Assembly (NCBI RefSeq): GCF_018350175.1
Contig: NC_058380.1
Location: 4,278,001 to 4,342,000, forward strand
DNA length: 64,000 bases
Source: Felis catus
Taxonomy: Eukaryota
Direction: 5' to 3'
Shown here: positions 53,121 through 64,000 of the stretch, piece by piece
Position numbering within the stretch: position 1 is the stretch's first letter
How the letters are laid out: each line of letters starts with the position of its first letter
Translations under genes and position numbers: made by a program
The notes under the pieces: model-generated
What the model was told of the DNA's origin: nothing
The model's database searches: none
What the model saw: the letters and a program-made list of their open reading frames with translations, nothing else

Positions 53121-55767
53121 AATATTCTCTTGTACAAAATCAGCCGGGCTGGGGTGGGAAGAGTTTGGTTCTAGTAACAAGCCTCTGCCAAAGGGCAGCC
53201 AAGATAAAAATCTGGTATGAGTGCACTTCTATCATCCTATGATGGGTTCTTTTTTTCTTTTTAATTACTAGTGACTTATTTTGTAACGCGTTGAGTCAAC
53301 TCTAAAACTCAGGTGTGCCTCAATTCTAAACTTCAAAAACATGCTAAGGAAAGTAAAATAAATGAGAAGCACTACTTGAGAAGAGGTTCATCCCATGAAG
53401 TTTACATAAGTGTTTTCATACAGAATTCTGCTCTTCTGTTGTACAAAAATATCTTCTATGTGTGTGAACCGAATTGACAGACTTTTCTGATAGAAAAGTG
53501 CATTTGAACAGTAGGCTTTCAATCACATGGAAAAAAGCTAATCAGAGAATTGGAAAACTTGCAAAATTAAACTGTTTCCTTCTATAACACTTTATACTAT
53601 TATAAAGTCTTTAAAAAAGAGATGTTTGTTAAATGGATAAATTTTCATTTATTTATGTCTCTTTTACCATAATTACCTATATTTCAATGCAGATTCAGCT
53701 CTGCATTTACATAACTAAATTAAAGCTTTTGCAATTTTATTTCGTCAGAAAAAAAGGATAAGAAAGCTGGAAATGCCTGGCATTTTAAACAATTACTATG
53801 GAGTACCATTTACAAAAAATCCATATCACACCAGGTTCTGTAATTTAAAATTCTGGTGAAAACCTATTTTAAACATCTTTTTATCATCAGATGGCAATTC
53901 TTTGAGGCCTCAACTCGAGAAGTACATAGGCTTGCCCGCAGTTTCCACTTGAGAATTCCAAAATGTTTTCTAGCTCTTCACAAAATAGCATCTAATGGGA
54001 CAAGACTGGCCACCAGGAGGGAATGAACACCTCTGCTCCCCACACTCCATATCCCTAATTTGCACGGCAGGAGTCCCAACCGTGGCATGAGCACTGTCAC
54101 GAGTGAACGCGGCAAGGAGGTGTGGAGCACGCAGCTTGAGAAGGGGTGTAAGTTAAGGAACGGCAGCTTTTAGTAGATCCAGATAATCTCATGTCTGTGC
54201 ATCTGTGATAACTTGCTCAGGCCTAAGATTTCAAAATAACCCGTTACCGCTGTCAACCTTAGGCACCCCACACCTGAAAAGGGGAGGGGGCCTGGAACAA
54301 TGTCTGAGAACTCGCCGTTTCTTTAGAACAAAACATCTCAAAAAGAGCCATAAGACCTTTTTTTTTTTTTGGTCTGAAAAGAGCAACAGAACTAAATTTG
54401 TTCTAGGATTTTGGAATTACTTTTTAAGAAGAGGCTTTCTAAGAAGCTAGGAACAGTCAAGTAAGGCACTTAGTGACTCAGAATAAAATACAGAACTTCT
54501 TTCTGATCTCTAGTTTAATAACACAGAACAGCTTTCCCGTGAGTTCAGTACCTGTAAGTAAGTCCCTTACGGACTCTTTCATTAAAAACAAGCAGAGCAC
54601 AGTAGTCAATGGTAGTCACCAGGGCCAGGAAGAAACTCCATGACCCTCGAGACCCCAGAGAAAGATCCCCCAGGGGTGGAAAATGCACACGTAACGGGGG
54701 CAGGAGGGCAAAGTGGTACGGGACAGCCACGAAACACACTGACTCGTACGGTTACTGATGACGCCACAGGGGCTGTGACAACCAGCTCACAAAATCCCTG
54801 GAATCTTAACCATCACCCAGAGTCTCTACAAACAGCCCCATGAGTGCAGTGCAGGGTCCTCACCCACCGCATCCACTCACCTCCAGCAGACAAGACCACT
54901 CCTCCCATGGAAACAATCACCCCTGGAAACCCTGCTCCACAGAAAATCAGCTATGTCAGGGGACCTAGTGGAGAGGGGCCAGCCAGAAAGCTGGAGGCCT
55001 ATGTGAGGAATCTGGTCCAAAACCAAGGTCGTCTGACATTCAAAGGGTCGTCTTCTTCTCCTTTCCCTTGAAAACCCTTAAAAGTGGGAGTTATTTTCTA
55101 AGAATCTGGAATTCTGGCCTCGCTTTATTAAAAATAAGAATCAAGGAGGGAAACGCAGAAAATTATTTGAGAAATGCCATTAGAAATGTTTGCAGGATTC
55201 AAGATAGAGGAAGATTTTAAGAACTGTTTGATCTAATTTGGTAAATACAAAGAATGTATGTAGCATACACACATAATGAAGCATAATAATAAAAACTGCC
55301 TTAAAATCACCAAAGTAAGAACTAGGTCAGCACTAACACCCTACTGGCCAGGTGTTCTCACCTACTCTTCAACCTGCCTTCCCAAACCCAGAGGTGATCA
55401 CTACCATGAATTCTTACGTTTATCATTCTCATATTTTTACTGTGTGGGTATGTGATTTCAGTATACACACATTTCTAAACTACATACTGTTTTCTATGCT
55501 TTTAGTTTTATAAAAAATAGATTATATTGTTTTAATTCATTGTTTCAAAGACTCATCCGTGTTGTTACACACGGAAGTGATTCATGTATGCTCAATGCTA
55601 TCTACAGTACAACTGTACAAATATACCAAAACATTCATCCATTCTCCTACCCCTGAAATTTGGCTGTCTTCAGCTTTTTATTATTAACCATATGCTACTA
55701 TAAACAGTCTTTTTCTTATATCCTGGTATAGGCTTCCCTAGGACATATATGCAAAATGCCTATAGAC

Positions 55768-56222
55768 TAGCGTGGTTTCAAACTCCAACTAGTAATCCAT
55801 TCATTGGGTCAAAATCAGGTATTGTTAAAAATAAAATAGTATAGGGGCGCCTGGGTGGCGCAGTCGGTTAAGCGTCCGACTTCAGCCAGGTCACGATCTC
55901 GCGGTCCGGGAGTTCGAGCCCCGCGTCGGGCTCTGGGCTGATGGCTCAGAGCCTGGAGCCTGTTTCCGATTCTGTGTCTCCCTCTCTCTCTGCCCCTCCC
56001 CCGTTCATGCTCTGTCTCTCTCTGTCCCAAAAATAAATAAACGTTGAAAAAAAAATTTAAATAAAAAAAAATAAAATAGTATAATACCCAAATACAGTGC
56101 ACAAAGGAAGGTGACTATTTCATGAACCTTTGATGTCCACCCTATGTGTTCACTGGGCTAAACTGTATGTGTGTTTCTTACTATGGGTCTAGTAAAAACA
56201 GCGTTAAAGGCTTACCCTCTAG
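55768..56222. mobile_element. hAT-Charlie-type MITE split by a young SINE
   Basis: gtggtttcaaact...cattcattgggtcaaaatc...tttcttactatgggtctagtaaaaacagcgttaaagg, inserted in the L1 at a ctag-type site. Confidence 0.5.
55844..56066 (+). mobile_element. Young SINEC_Fc copy
   Basis: CpGs intact. Perfect 17-bp TSD aaaaataaaatagtata at 55827-55843 and 56067-56083, at a TT|AAAA L1-endonuclease site. Confidence 0.98.
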
Positions 56223-56489
56223 GTAAATGCCTCCTAAAAAAGTGAACTATCAAGTCTTATGGGAAGTGAATATTCAACTTTGTAAGACAATACCAAATTG
56301 TTTTCCTGAACAGTCACATCACTTTGTACTCTCATTAGTGAGTAAATCTGCCCAGTGACCCACTTCCTCCCTAACTGTCTGTAAGGTCAGGCATAAGAAT
56401 ATGTGGCTTATCTGACAGACGTGTGAAACACGATTCTCTGTTGTGTTGTCTTACAGACTCCCAGGCCGCATGCACGCGCGCATGTGCTG

Positions 56490-56492
<3 letters not shown>

Positions 56493-56541
<49 letters not shown>
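56493..56541 (+). repeat. (AC)n microsatellite
   Basis: Directly visible. Confidence 0.98.
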
Positions 56542-56542
<1 letters not shown>

Positions 56543-57055
56543 CCTTGGGCAGTTATATGTTTCAAGTATTTTTTCCCACTTAACGCCTTTTCTACTTTTT
56601 TTACAGCACCTTTTAATGAACAAATTTTCTCAAGTTTAATAAGGTGGAATTTATAAACCTTTCCTTTTATGGGCTGTATTATATGTCTGACAAATTTTTT
56701 CACTCCACCAAGATCATAAAAGTTCATCTTCCTCCATGCATGTAGTCGAGTCTTTGCCGTCCCCAGTGAACACCTGCTCTCTCCTGTGGCAGTTCCCCTA
56801 TTTATCCATGGCCTTCTGTAGTCGCTCCGGGGTCCATTTGTCTATCCCAAAGCCAGAAACATGCCATCTTAATTTACAAATCTTTAAACAAGGTCTTGAG
56901 TGCTGATAAAGCAAGGACCCTCACTTTCTTCTTTAGGAATGTTTGCCTATTTTGGGGCCTCATTATGCTCATCAGGTTCCTCACAAAATTAATGCTAAGA
57001 ACGTAAGGGTAATTACTTTGCATCTGTATATTGAACCACTTGTGAGAATCATCTT

Positions 57056-57227
57056 GGGGCGCCCGGGGTGGCTCGGTAGGTTAAGTGTCTGACTCTGGCT
57101 CAGGTCATGAATTCACGATTCACAAGTTCGAGCCCTGCGTCAGGCTCTGTGCTGACAGCCCAGAGCCCAGAGCCTGCTTCCGATTCTGTGTCTCCCTCTT
57201 TCTCTGACCCTCTCCCACTCACTCTCG

Positions 57228-57267
<40 letters not shown>

Positions 57268-57290
57268 AATAAATAAACATTAAAAAAGCA
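57056..57290 (+). mobile_element. Can-SINE (SINEC_Fc-like)
   Basis: Full copy with TSD gaatcatctt. Confidence 0.95.
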
Positions 57291-59779
57291 ATGGAATCAT
57301 CTTCTTAATACTGAATCCTCCTATTCTAGGAGATAATGAGTCTCCATTTAATTTATTTAATGTCTTAGGATAAGTTTCATAATTTTTCCCTATGGCTTGT
57401 GTATATTGCTAAATCCATTTTTGTTCCTGTTGTAACAGTATATTTTCTTGACTGATATTTCCTGGATGCTACTGCTGTAAAGAAGTGTAACTGATTATTT
57501 TTAAATATGGATCTTACATTTGGCTATCTTGAGACACTCATTATTCCTAATAATTTGTTGATTCTTTTAGATTTTCAATGGAGACCATCATACCACGTGA
57601 GACAGGCAGTGTTATCTTTCTTCTCTGTGTCACTATTTTATTTCCATTTCCTGCCTTTCCACGCAGGCCAGGATTTTCAGAACACTGTTGAACAAAGCTG
57701 GTGACAGTGGGTCTTCTGTCATTTTCCTGGTTTTTGGAGACTTTTACTTTTTACTACTAAAAAACAGGCACTTTTCATCAAGCTAAGGAAGTTCCCTTCT
57801 ATTTCTAGTCTGCCTTGACCTCCTTCTAAGACCAGACTTCACATCTCTCAAATTCTTTTCATCAATCTGCTGAGGAAAAACATCATTTTATTTTAACTGG
57901 CTAACGTCACAAATGAAATTTAATATTTTCAAATGGGAACCTCCTCCCCCTTGTATTCTTGGGAAAATCCAACTTGGTCTTTTTTTTTTTTTTTTTTTTT
58001 TTTTTTTCTTTTTTTAACCTACCGATTTCATCCATGTTCCTGATACGTGAGACTGGCCCGTCTCCTTTCCTCTATTGTTTCTATTTACATACGAAGGTCA
58101 CGCTAATCAGAAATCATGAGTTTAGGAACAAACTCTCACTGTACTGTTCTGTGGAGGCGTCTGTATAAGACTGAAATGATCTGTTCCTTACAGGCTGGGG
58201 CAAGCATCTGCAAGCAAATCATTTAACACATAAAAGCTGGGCCTGGCACTTTCTCGGCGAAGAAACATTCAACTACTACTCGGTCCTTACTGGACTACTC
58301 CAGAATGTGACTACTTCTTGAGACAGAAATTTCACATTTATTGGCATAAAGATTCTCATAGTATTTTCTTATAAGCTTTATAATCTCTGCTGTATCTGCA
58401 ACCACAACCCTCCTTTCACCTGTAACATCTACTGTTGAGTGTCCTTTGCCCCTTGCAGATTCTCCCTTCTGCAACTGCACTTCGATCCCCCTGATCTCAG
58501 ATCCCCATTTCACTGCCTTCCTTCTACTCTGTTTGGACACAGAACTTTTTACAGTAATTCTCAGCTACTTATGGCCAGCAGTTTCCCCTTGCTAACATAG
58601 GCATTAAGGTTATGAATTCCCCCTCAAACTATTACTTTAATCAAATCTCAAAAATTTGGGCATACGGCAATTTTATATTCATTCAGTCTTAGTATTTTTT
58701 CCCATAATTCTTCTTTCTTTGAGTCATGAGTTACTTAATAGTCCTTTTTAAATTATCAATACATGGTTTTTAAATATCTATATTATGTGTATTTTTATTT
58801 CTAAGTTAACTGCATTTTGAACAGAGAACGTGGTCTCTATATATTAAACTTCTGAAATTTAACAGAGATTTTAGGGTCCAACACATGATCCATTCTTGTA
58901 AATGTTTCATATGTTGATGAGAAGCATGCATATTCTCCAATTTAGGGTTAAGAGTCTATTAAATCAACTTGATACAGTGTTCAAATCTTTATTTTTAACT
59001 TCTGTCTTTCGATCTCATGATTAATTGGGACAGATGGGACTGAACTCATCCACAATGATGAAGGATTTGCCAATTTATCCTGTGTATATCTAATATAACT
59101 TTACTCGTATATTTTTCGTTCTTTTTTTCTCAGCAAGATACGAGTTTAGTCTTATGAAAAACTTAACCTTAAACTTAACATGCTGTCTCTTACTAGTAAT
59201 GGTTTTTGAAAAACGCTACAACAGATGTGGCTACTATTAATAATATACAGTTGACTTAAGTTTCTTAATCAAATCTGAACATCTATGTTTTTAACAACAA
59301 GTTTAGTCAACTGACATCAATGGTAATTACTGGACTTACTTCATCATCTTAATTTGTCCTGAGGTTGTGCCTCTTTTATCCTCTTTACACTCTGTTAGGA
59401 TTTGATGAACTTCGTTTCAGTTTTCGTTTTGTTTATTTTTCTTACTCCACTCTCCATCCTCCAACTCATTTGTAAGTCTTATGGCTCCACATTCCTGCTC
59501 TCTGAATAATACTTCACACTCTCTAGCAAAGGATACAAAGACCTTAAAACCTTCAAATCTCCAAAATGTAAAAACCAAAAAGGCCTGAGCCAAACATGAA
59601 GGGAGTTGTCCAGATCAGAAATGCAAGTCAGTAGATTTCTTAAATATAAACAAAAAACAGTGGAAGACTAGAATTAATTCCAAAAAACAGGAGAAATAAA
59701 GAAGAAAAAGCCATCTGAGATGGATGACCAGATGAATAAATGGAAAGAAGGAAGGGAGGGAGGAAGAGAAGGAAGGAAA

Positions 59780-59999
59780 TCAGACCCAGTGACTGTTTTA
59801 GTAAAACCTGTAAGCTAATATAGTTTGTATACTTTTAAACAGCTGGAAAAAAAAAAGAAACAAATTAAATATATTGTTTCATAACACATGGAAACTATAC
59901 AAAATTTAAATTTCACAGCAAATATAATTTTACTGGAACAAAGAAACACATTTGTTTACATTTCGTCTGTGGCTGTTTCAGCACATGTAAAAGTTGAGT
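59780..59999 (+). mobile_element. MER58B-like hAT MITE, left part
   Basis: ctgttttagt..ctgtaagctaatatagtt...aaatttcacagcaaatataattttactggaaca...tttgtttacatttcgtctgtggctgtttc...agttgagt. Confidence 0.75.
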
Positions 60000-62515
60000 G
60001 CCTAGTACAAGGCAAGGATGTGTCTTCTCACTTGTTCTTTTCAACATCATACTAAAAGTCCTTACAAATGTTATTAAACAAACAAAAAAAAGGAAATAAA
60101 AGGTAATACAGATTGGGAAAGAAAACATAAAACTGTTTTTGCTTGCAAATGATATGACTGTCTACCATGCAGGAGATATGAAAGAATTAACAAAAAACTG
60201 CCCAAAACAAATACACAATTATACCAAGGTTGCAGGACACAGGGTAAACATACAAAAGTGAAACACTATTCCATATACCAACAATGAACAAGTGGAATTT
60301 GAAATTAAAAACACAATACCACTTATACTAACATGCCCCAAAATAAAATACTTAGGTATAAACCCAACAAAATATATGTAAGATCTCTGTGAGAAAAACT
60401 ATAAAACTAATGTATGAAATCAAGTAACTAAATGGAGAGATAGTCCATGTTCATGGATAGAAAGACTCAATACTGTGAAGATGTCAGTTTTCCNNNNNNN
60501 NNNNNNNNNNNNNNNNNNNNNNNNNNNNNNNNNNNNNNNNNNNNNNNNNNNNNNNNNNNNNNNNNNNNNNNNNNNNNNNNNNNNNNNNNNNNNNNNNNNN
60601 NNNNNNNNNNNNNNNNNNNNNNNNNNNNNNNNNNNNNNNNNNNNNNNNNNTACCCAATGTCTAGACTTACTATAAAGCTACAATAATCAAGACAATGCGG
60701 TTACTGGCAAAAGAACAGACAAATGGATCAAGGAACAGAACAGAAAGCCCAGACACAGCCACCCATAAATTAACCAATCTTCAATAAAGGGAAAAAGGCA
60801 ATACATTGGAACACAGATAAATTTCCACAAATGGTGCTGAAATAGTAACATCCTCATGCAAAAGCAGGAATCTAGACAGACAGGCCTTATGCCCTTCACA
60901 AATGTTAGCGCAAAATGGATGACAGATCTAACTGTAAAGCACAAAATTATAAAATTCCTAGAAGATAACATAGGAGAAAAGCTAGATGACCTTGGGTATG
61001 GCCAACTACTTTTTAGGTATAACACCAAAGCACAATCCATGAAAAAAAAAATAAGATGGACTTTATTAAAGTGAAAAACTTAGGCTCTACAAAAAAATGT
61101 CAGGAGAAAAAGAATACAAACTACAAGCTGGGTGAAAATATTTACAAGATATTCTGATATCTGATAAAGAACTATTATCTAACATACAAAGAACTCTTAA
61201 ACTAAGCTGTAAGAAATACAAACAAAATAAGAAATACAAACTATGCATTTTTGTAAACAAAAATAAGAAATACAAACTGGGTGGCTCAGTCGGTTAAGCA
61301 TCCGACTTCGGCTCAGGTCATGATCTCACGGTCACGGTTCCTGGGTTCGAGCCCCGCATCAGGCTCTATGCTGGCAGCTCGGGGCGTGGAGCCTGCTTGT
61401 GTATCTCCCTCTCTCTCTGCCCCTCCCTCCCTCCCTCTCTCTCCTTCTCTCTCTCCTTCTCTCTCTCTCAAAAACAGACATTAAAAAAAGAAAGAAAAGA
61501 AAAGAAATACAAACAACTCAATCGGAAACTGGGCTAAAATCTTAACAGACACCTCACCATAGGTATACAGATAGGAAATAAGCATGTGAAAAGATGTTCT
61601 GCATCATATGTCATCACAGAAATACAAATTAAAACAACGAGATAACACTACAAACCTGTCAGAATGGCCAAAATATGGAACAATGACAACACCAAATGCT
61701 GACAAGGATACAGAGCAGCGGAAACTCTCAGCCACTGCCGCTGGGGACGCATCACAGTACACCCACTTGGGAAGAGAGTCAGGAAGGTTTTTATACAAAA
61801 CTAAACACTCCTGCCATGTGATTCAGCATTTATGCTCCTTGGTATCTTCCTAAAAGACCTATGTCCACACNNNNNNNNNNNNNNNNNNNNNNNNNNNNNN
61901 NNNNNNNNNNNNNNNNNNNNNNNNNNNNNNNNNNNNNNNNNNNNNNNNNNNNNNNNNNNNNNNNNNNNNNNNNNNNNNNNNNNNNNNNNNNNNNNNNNNA
62001 GCACTAGAAGCACATAAGATATCAAGGCATAAAAAGGGAGAAAACTTTAATATGTCTTACTAAGTGAAAGAAGCCCGTCTCAAAAGGCTCCATGCCGTAT
62101 GATTCCAACAGTATGACATTCTGTAAGTGCAAAACTAGGGAGACGGAAAAACAGGTTGTCAGAAAGGAGAGAGGGGAGAACATACTGAGCACAGAGAAGC
62201 GTTAGGGCGCCAAAAGTACTCTGTGTGACACCAGAATGCTGGATCCACGTCATTATGGATATGTCCAAACCCACAGACTGGACAACACCAGTGACCCTCA
62301 TATGAACTGTGAACTCTGGATGATTATGACGTATCAGCAGAGGCTCATGAGCTGTCATGAATGTACCGTATCGGTGAGGGATGCTGACAACAGGGGAGGC
62401 TGTGGGTATGTGGTGGCAGGGAGTATGAGAGAAATCTCTGTACCTTCCCCTCGATTTTGATGTGAACCTAAAACTGCTCTAGAAAAACAGTCGCTGGGGG
62501 AAAAAAAAAAAAAAA
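60000..62515 (+). mobile_element. 5'-truncated L1MC-type LINE-1 (ORF2 RT to 3'UTR, A tail)
   Basis: RT region (acaaggcaaggatgt..ctcacttgttcttttcaacatcatacta, gcaaatgatatgact) through a 3'UTR ending tgtgaacctaaaactgctcta and an A15 tail. Confidence 0.92.
61279..61501 (+). mobile_element. Can-SINE, slightly 5'-truncated, nested in L1
   Basis: gggtggctcagtcggttaag head with TSD aagaaatacaaac. Confidence 0.94.
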
Positions 62516-62596
62516 TGTTGAGCAGCTGTGAAAGAAACCATCATGGCTCTGCAAAACCTAAGATATTATCTGTACCTTTAAGTCTGCCTGCCCTGG
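62516..62596 (+). mobile_element. MER58B-like hAT MITE, right part
   Basis: gttgagcagctgtgaaagaaacc..atggctctgcaaaacctaagatattatctgtacctttaagtctgcctgccctg continues the left part. Confidence 0.7.
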
Positions 62597-63149
62597 TTTA
62601 ATATATTAAACGAGTAGATTAGATCAAAACACTTAGCTTCCATCTGCCCCTCAAAATCTCATTAAGCCACCACAAAGGACAACTTAAAATGTCATGTCCA
62701 GTGTAATGTTCTAACAAGAACCATCGCTCATAAATATTGGGGAACTCATGGGACAGAAAAATATAGACTGGATGAGAATCCAAAACGGAAATGCCACAGC
62801 TACAGTCAGTCACTGAGAAGAAAATGCCACTGCAAAAACAGGAACCAGTCTTCATTTTAAAAGTCCCAGAAAAATTCTAACTTCAAAATTAATAAAATGG
62901 AAAGAGGCTTGGAAGAAACATCAAGGTGATATTCACAACTGGCCCAGCCTCAGCCACTCCTCCTAGCATACACATAAAGTTAAAGACAGGGTCAGCTTCC
63001 ACCTCCAAGACCGTGCTCTCTGACCAACATGGAAACCAAGTCCATGGTCTGCCTCAGGAGACCTGGGATCTGACCAGAGCAGCACAGGAGAGCCACCAGT
63101 GACGGCAGCACGGGATGAAAAACAAACACAATACACAAATATATTCTAA

Positions 63150-63362
63150 ATTTTTTTTTCAACGTTTATTTATTTTTGGGACAGAGAGAGACAGAGCATG
63201 AACAGGGGAGGGGCAGAGAGAGAGGGAGACACACAATTGGAAACAGGCTCCAGGCTCTGAGCATCAGCCCAGAGCCCAACGCGGGGCTCGAACTCCCAGA
63301 CCGCAAGATCGTGACCTGGCTGAAGTCGGACGCTTAACCGACTGCGCCACCCAGGCGCCCCC
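63150..63362 (-). mobile_element. SINEC_Fc copy of the young subfamily
   Basis: Shares the ttcagccaggtcacgatc diagnostic with the 19780 and 55844 copies. TSD caaatatat(t/c)ctaaa. Confidence 0.96.
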
Positions 63363-63379
63363 AAATATATCCTAAAACT

Positions 63380-63776
63380 TAGCTCCAAAAACAAACAAAC
63401 ATCCAAGTAAACAATAACAAAACCGCACAAGACCCCAAAAAGATATTACACGGTCAAGTTCCACTAACCTTTGAAATAACAGAGGACTTCCCTGTACAGC
63501 ACAGAAAAGCTAAGGTCGTTCTGTGAAGTTCAACAACCTTGACATCAAACCAGAAAAGGGTGACACACAAAAAAAGAAGCAGAAGATCAATCTCATTTAT
63601 GATGATAGCAAAACATATAAAAATGGAACCCAGCAGTGTATATCAAAAACCACTATAACCACTAACCACAACGACCAGGTAGGGTTTCTTCTAGTCATAC
63701 AAGGCCAGTAGAGCATTATAAATTGTATGATTACATGATATAGGAGATAAATTCTAATATATACCAATTAAAGGTG
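63380..63776 (+). mobile_element. Old L1ME ORF2 fragment
   Basis: aacaaccttgacatcaaaccagaaaag...gaccaggtagggtttcttctagtcatacaagg. Confidence 0.55.
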
Positions 63777-64000
63777 NNNNNNNNNNNNNNNNNNNNNNNN
63801 NNNNNNNNNNNNNNNNNNNNNNNNNNNNNNNNNNNNNNNNNNNNNNNNNNNNNNNNNNNNNNNNNNNNNNNNNNNNNNNNNNNNNNNNNNNNNNNNNNNN
63901 NNNNNNNNNNNNNNNNNNNNNNNNNNNNNNNNNNNNNNNNNTATTAGGAATATTATTATTAAAGTATTACTACTTTGTTGTGAGAATATATATGTAACAT

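Larger units (their letters stand above)
55240..59530 (-). mobile_element. Old L1ME-type element, fragmented, with nested MITE and SINEs
   Basis: T-rich antisense L1 3'UTR and ORF2 motifs. A minus frame gives IIKLIRKYYENLYANK. Confidence 0.75.

Noticed and set aside
55321-55335. aggtcagcac as the start of AUH exon 4 (GADL...)
   Set aside because: The adjacent sequence does not encode KERAKM. Exon 4 appears to lie outside the window.

Overview
This is mammalian genomic DNA from a carnivore, almost certainly a felid, judged by about 24 tRNA-derived Can-SINE/SINEC_Fc copies. The whole window appears to lie inside the AUH gene (methylglutaconyl-CoA hydratase / AU-binding protein) on the minus strand. 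Two coding exons are clear: 35991-36083 (93 nt, [31 protein letters not shown]) and 34362-34418 (57 nt, ASSAKMGLVETKLAIIPGG). They correspond to human exons 5 and 6 and carry the two catalytic glutamates of the crotonase fold. The rest is intron: a near full-length ancient L1 with nested insertions, other L1 fragments, L2, MIR, MLT1/MER54-type LTRs, hAT MITEs, microsatellites and eight N gaps. Almost all ORFs in the supplied track are repeat-derived or spurious. I find no convincing new biological system. The best leads are: candidate phase-compatible alternative AUH exons with a poly(A) signal near 5.4-6.0 kb; a possible 150-nt exon 5-6 circle with a stop-free ORF; a sharply AT-to-GC shifted tract in an old L1; an L1 reduced to its fused 5' and 3' ends; and two very young SINE insertions. 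Repeat subfamily names come from recalled consensus similarity, not from a search, and repeat boundaries are approximate.
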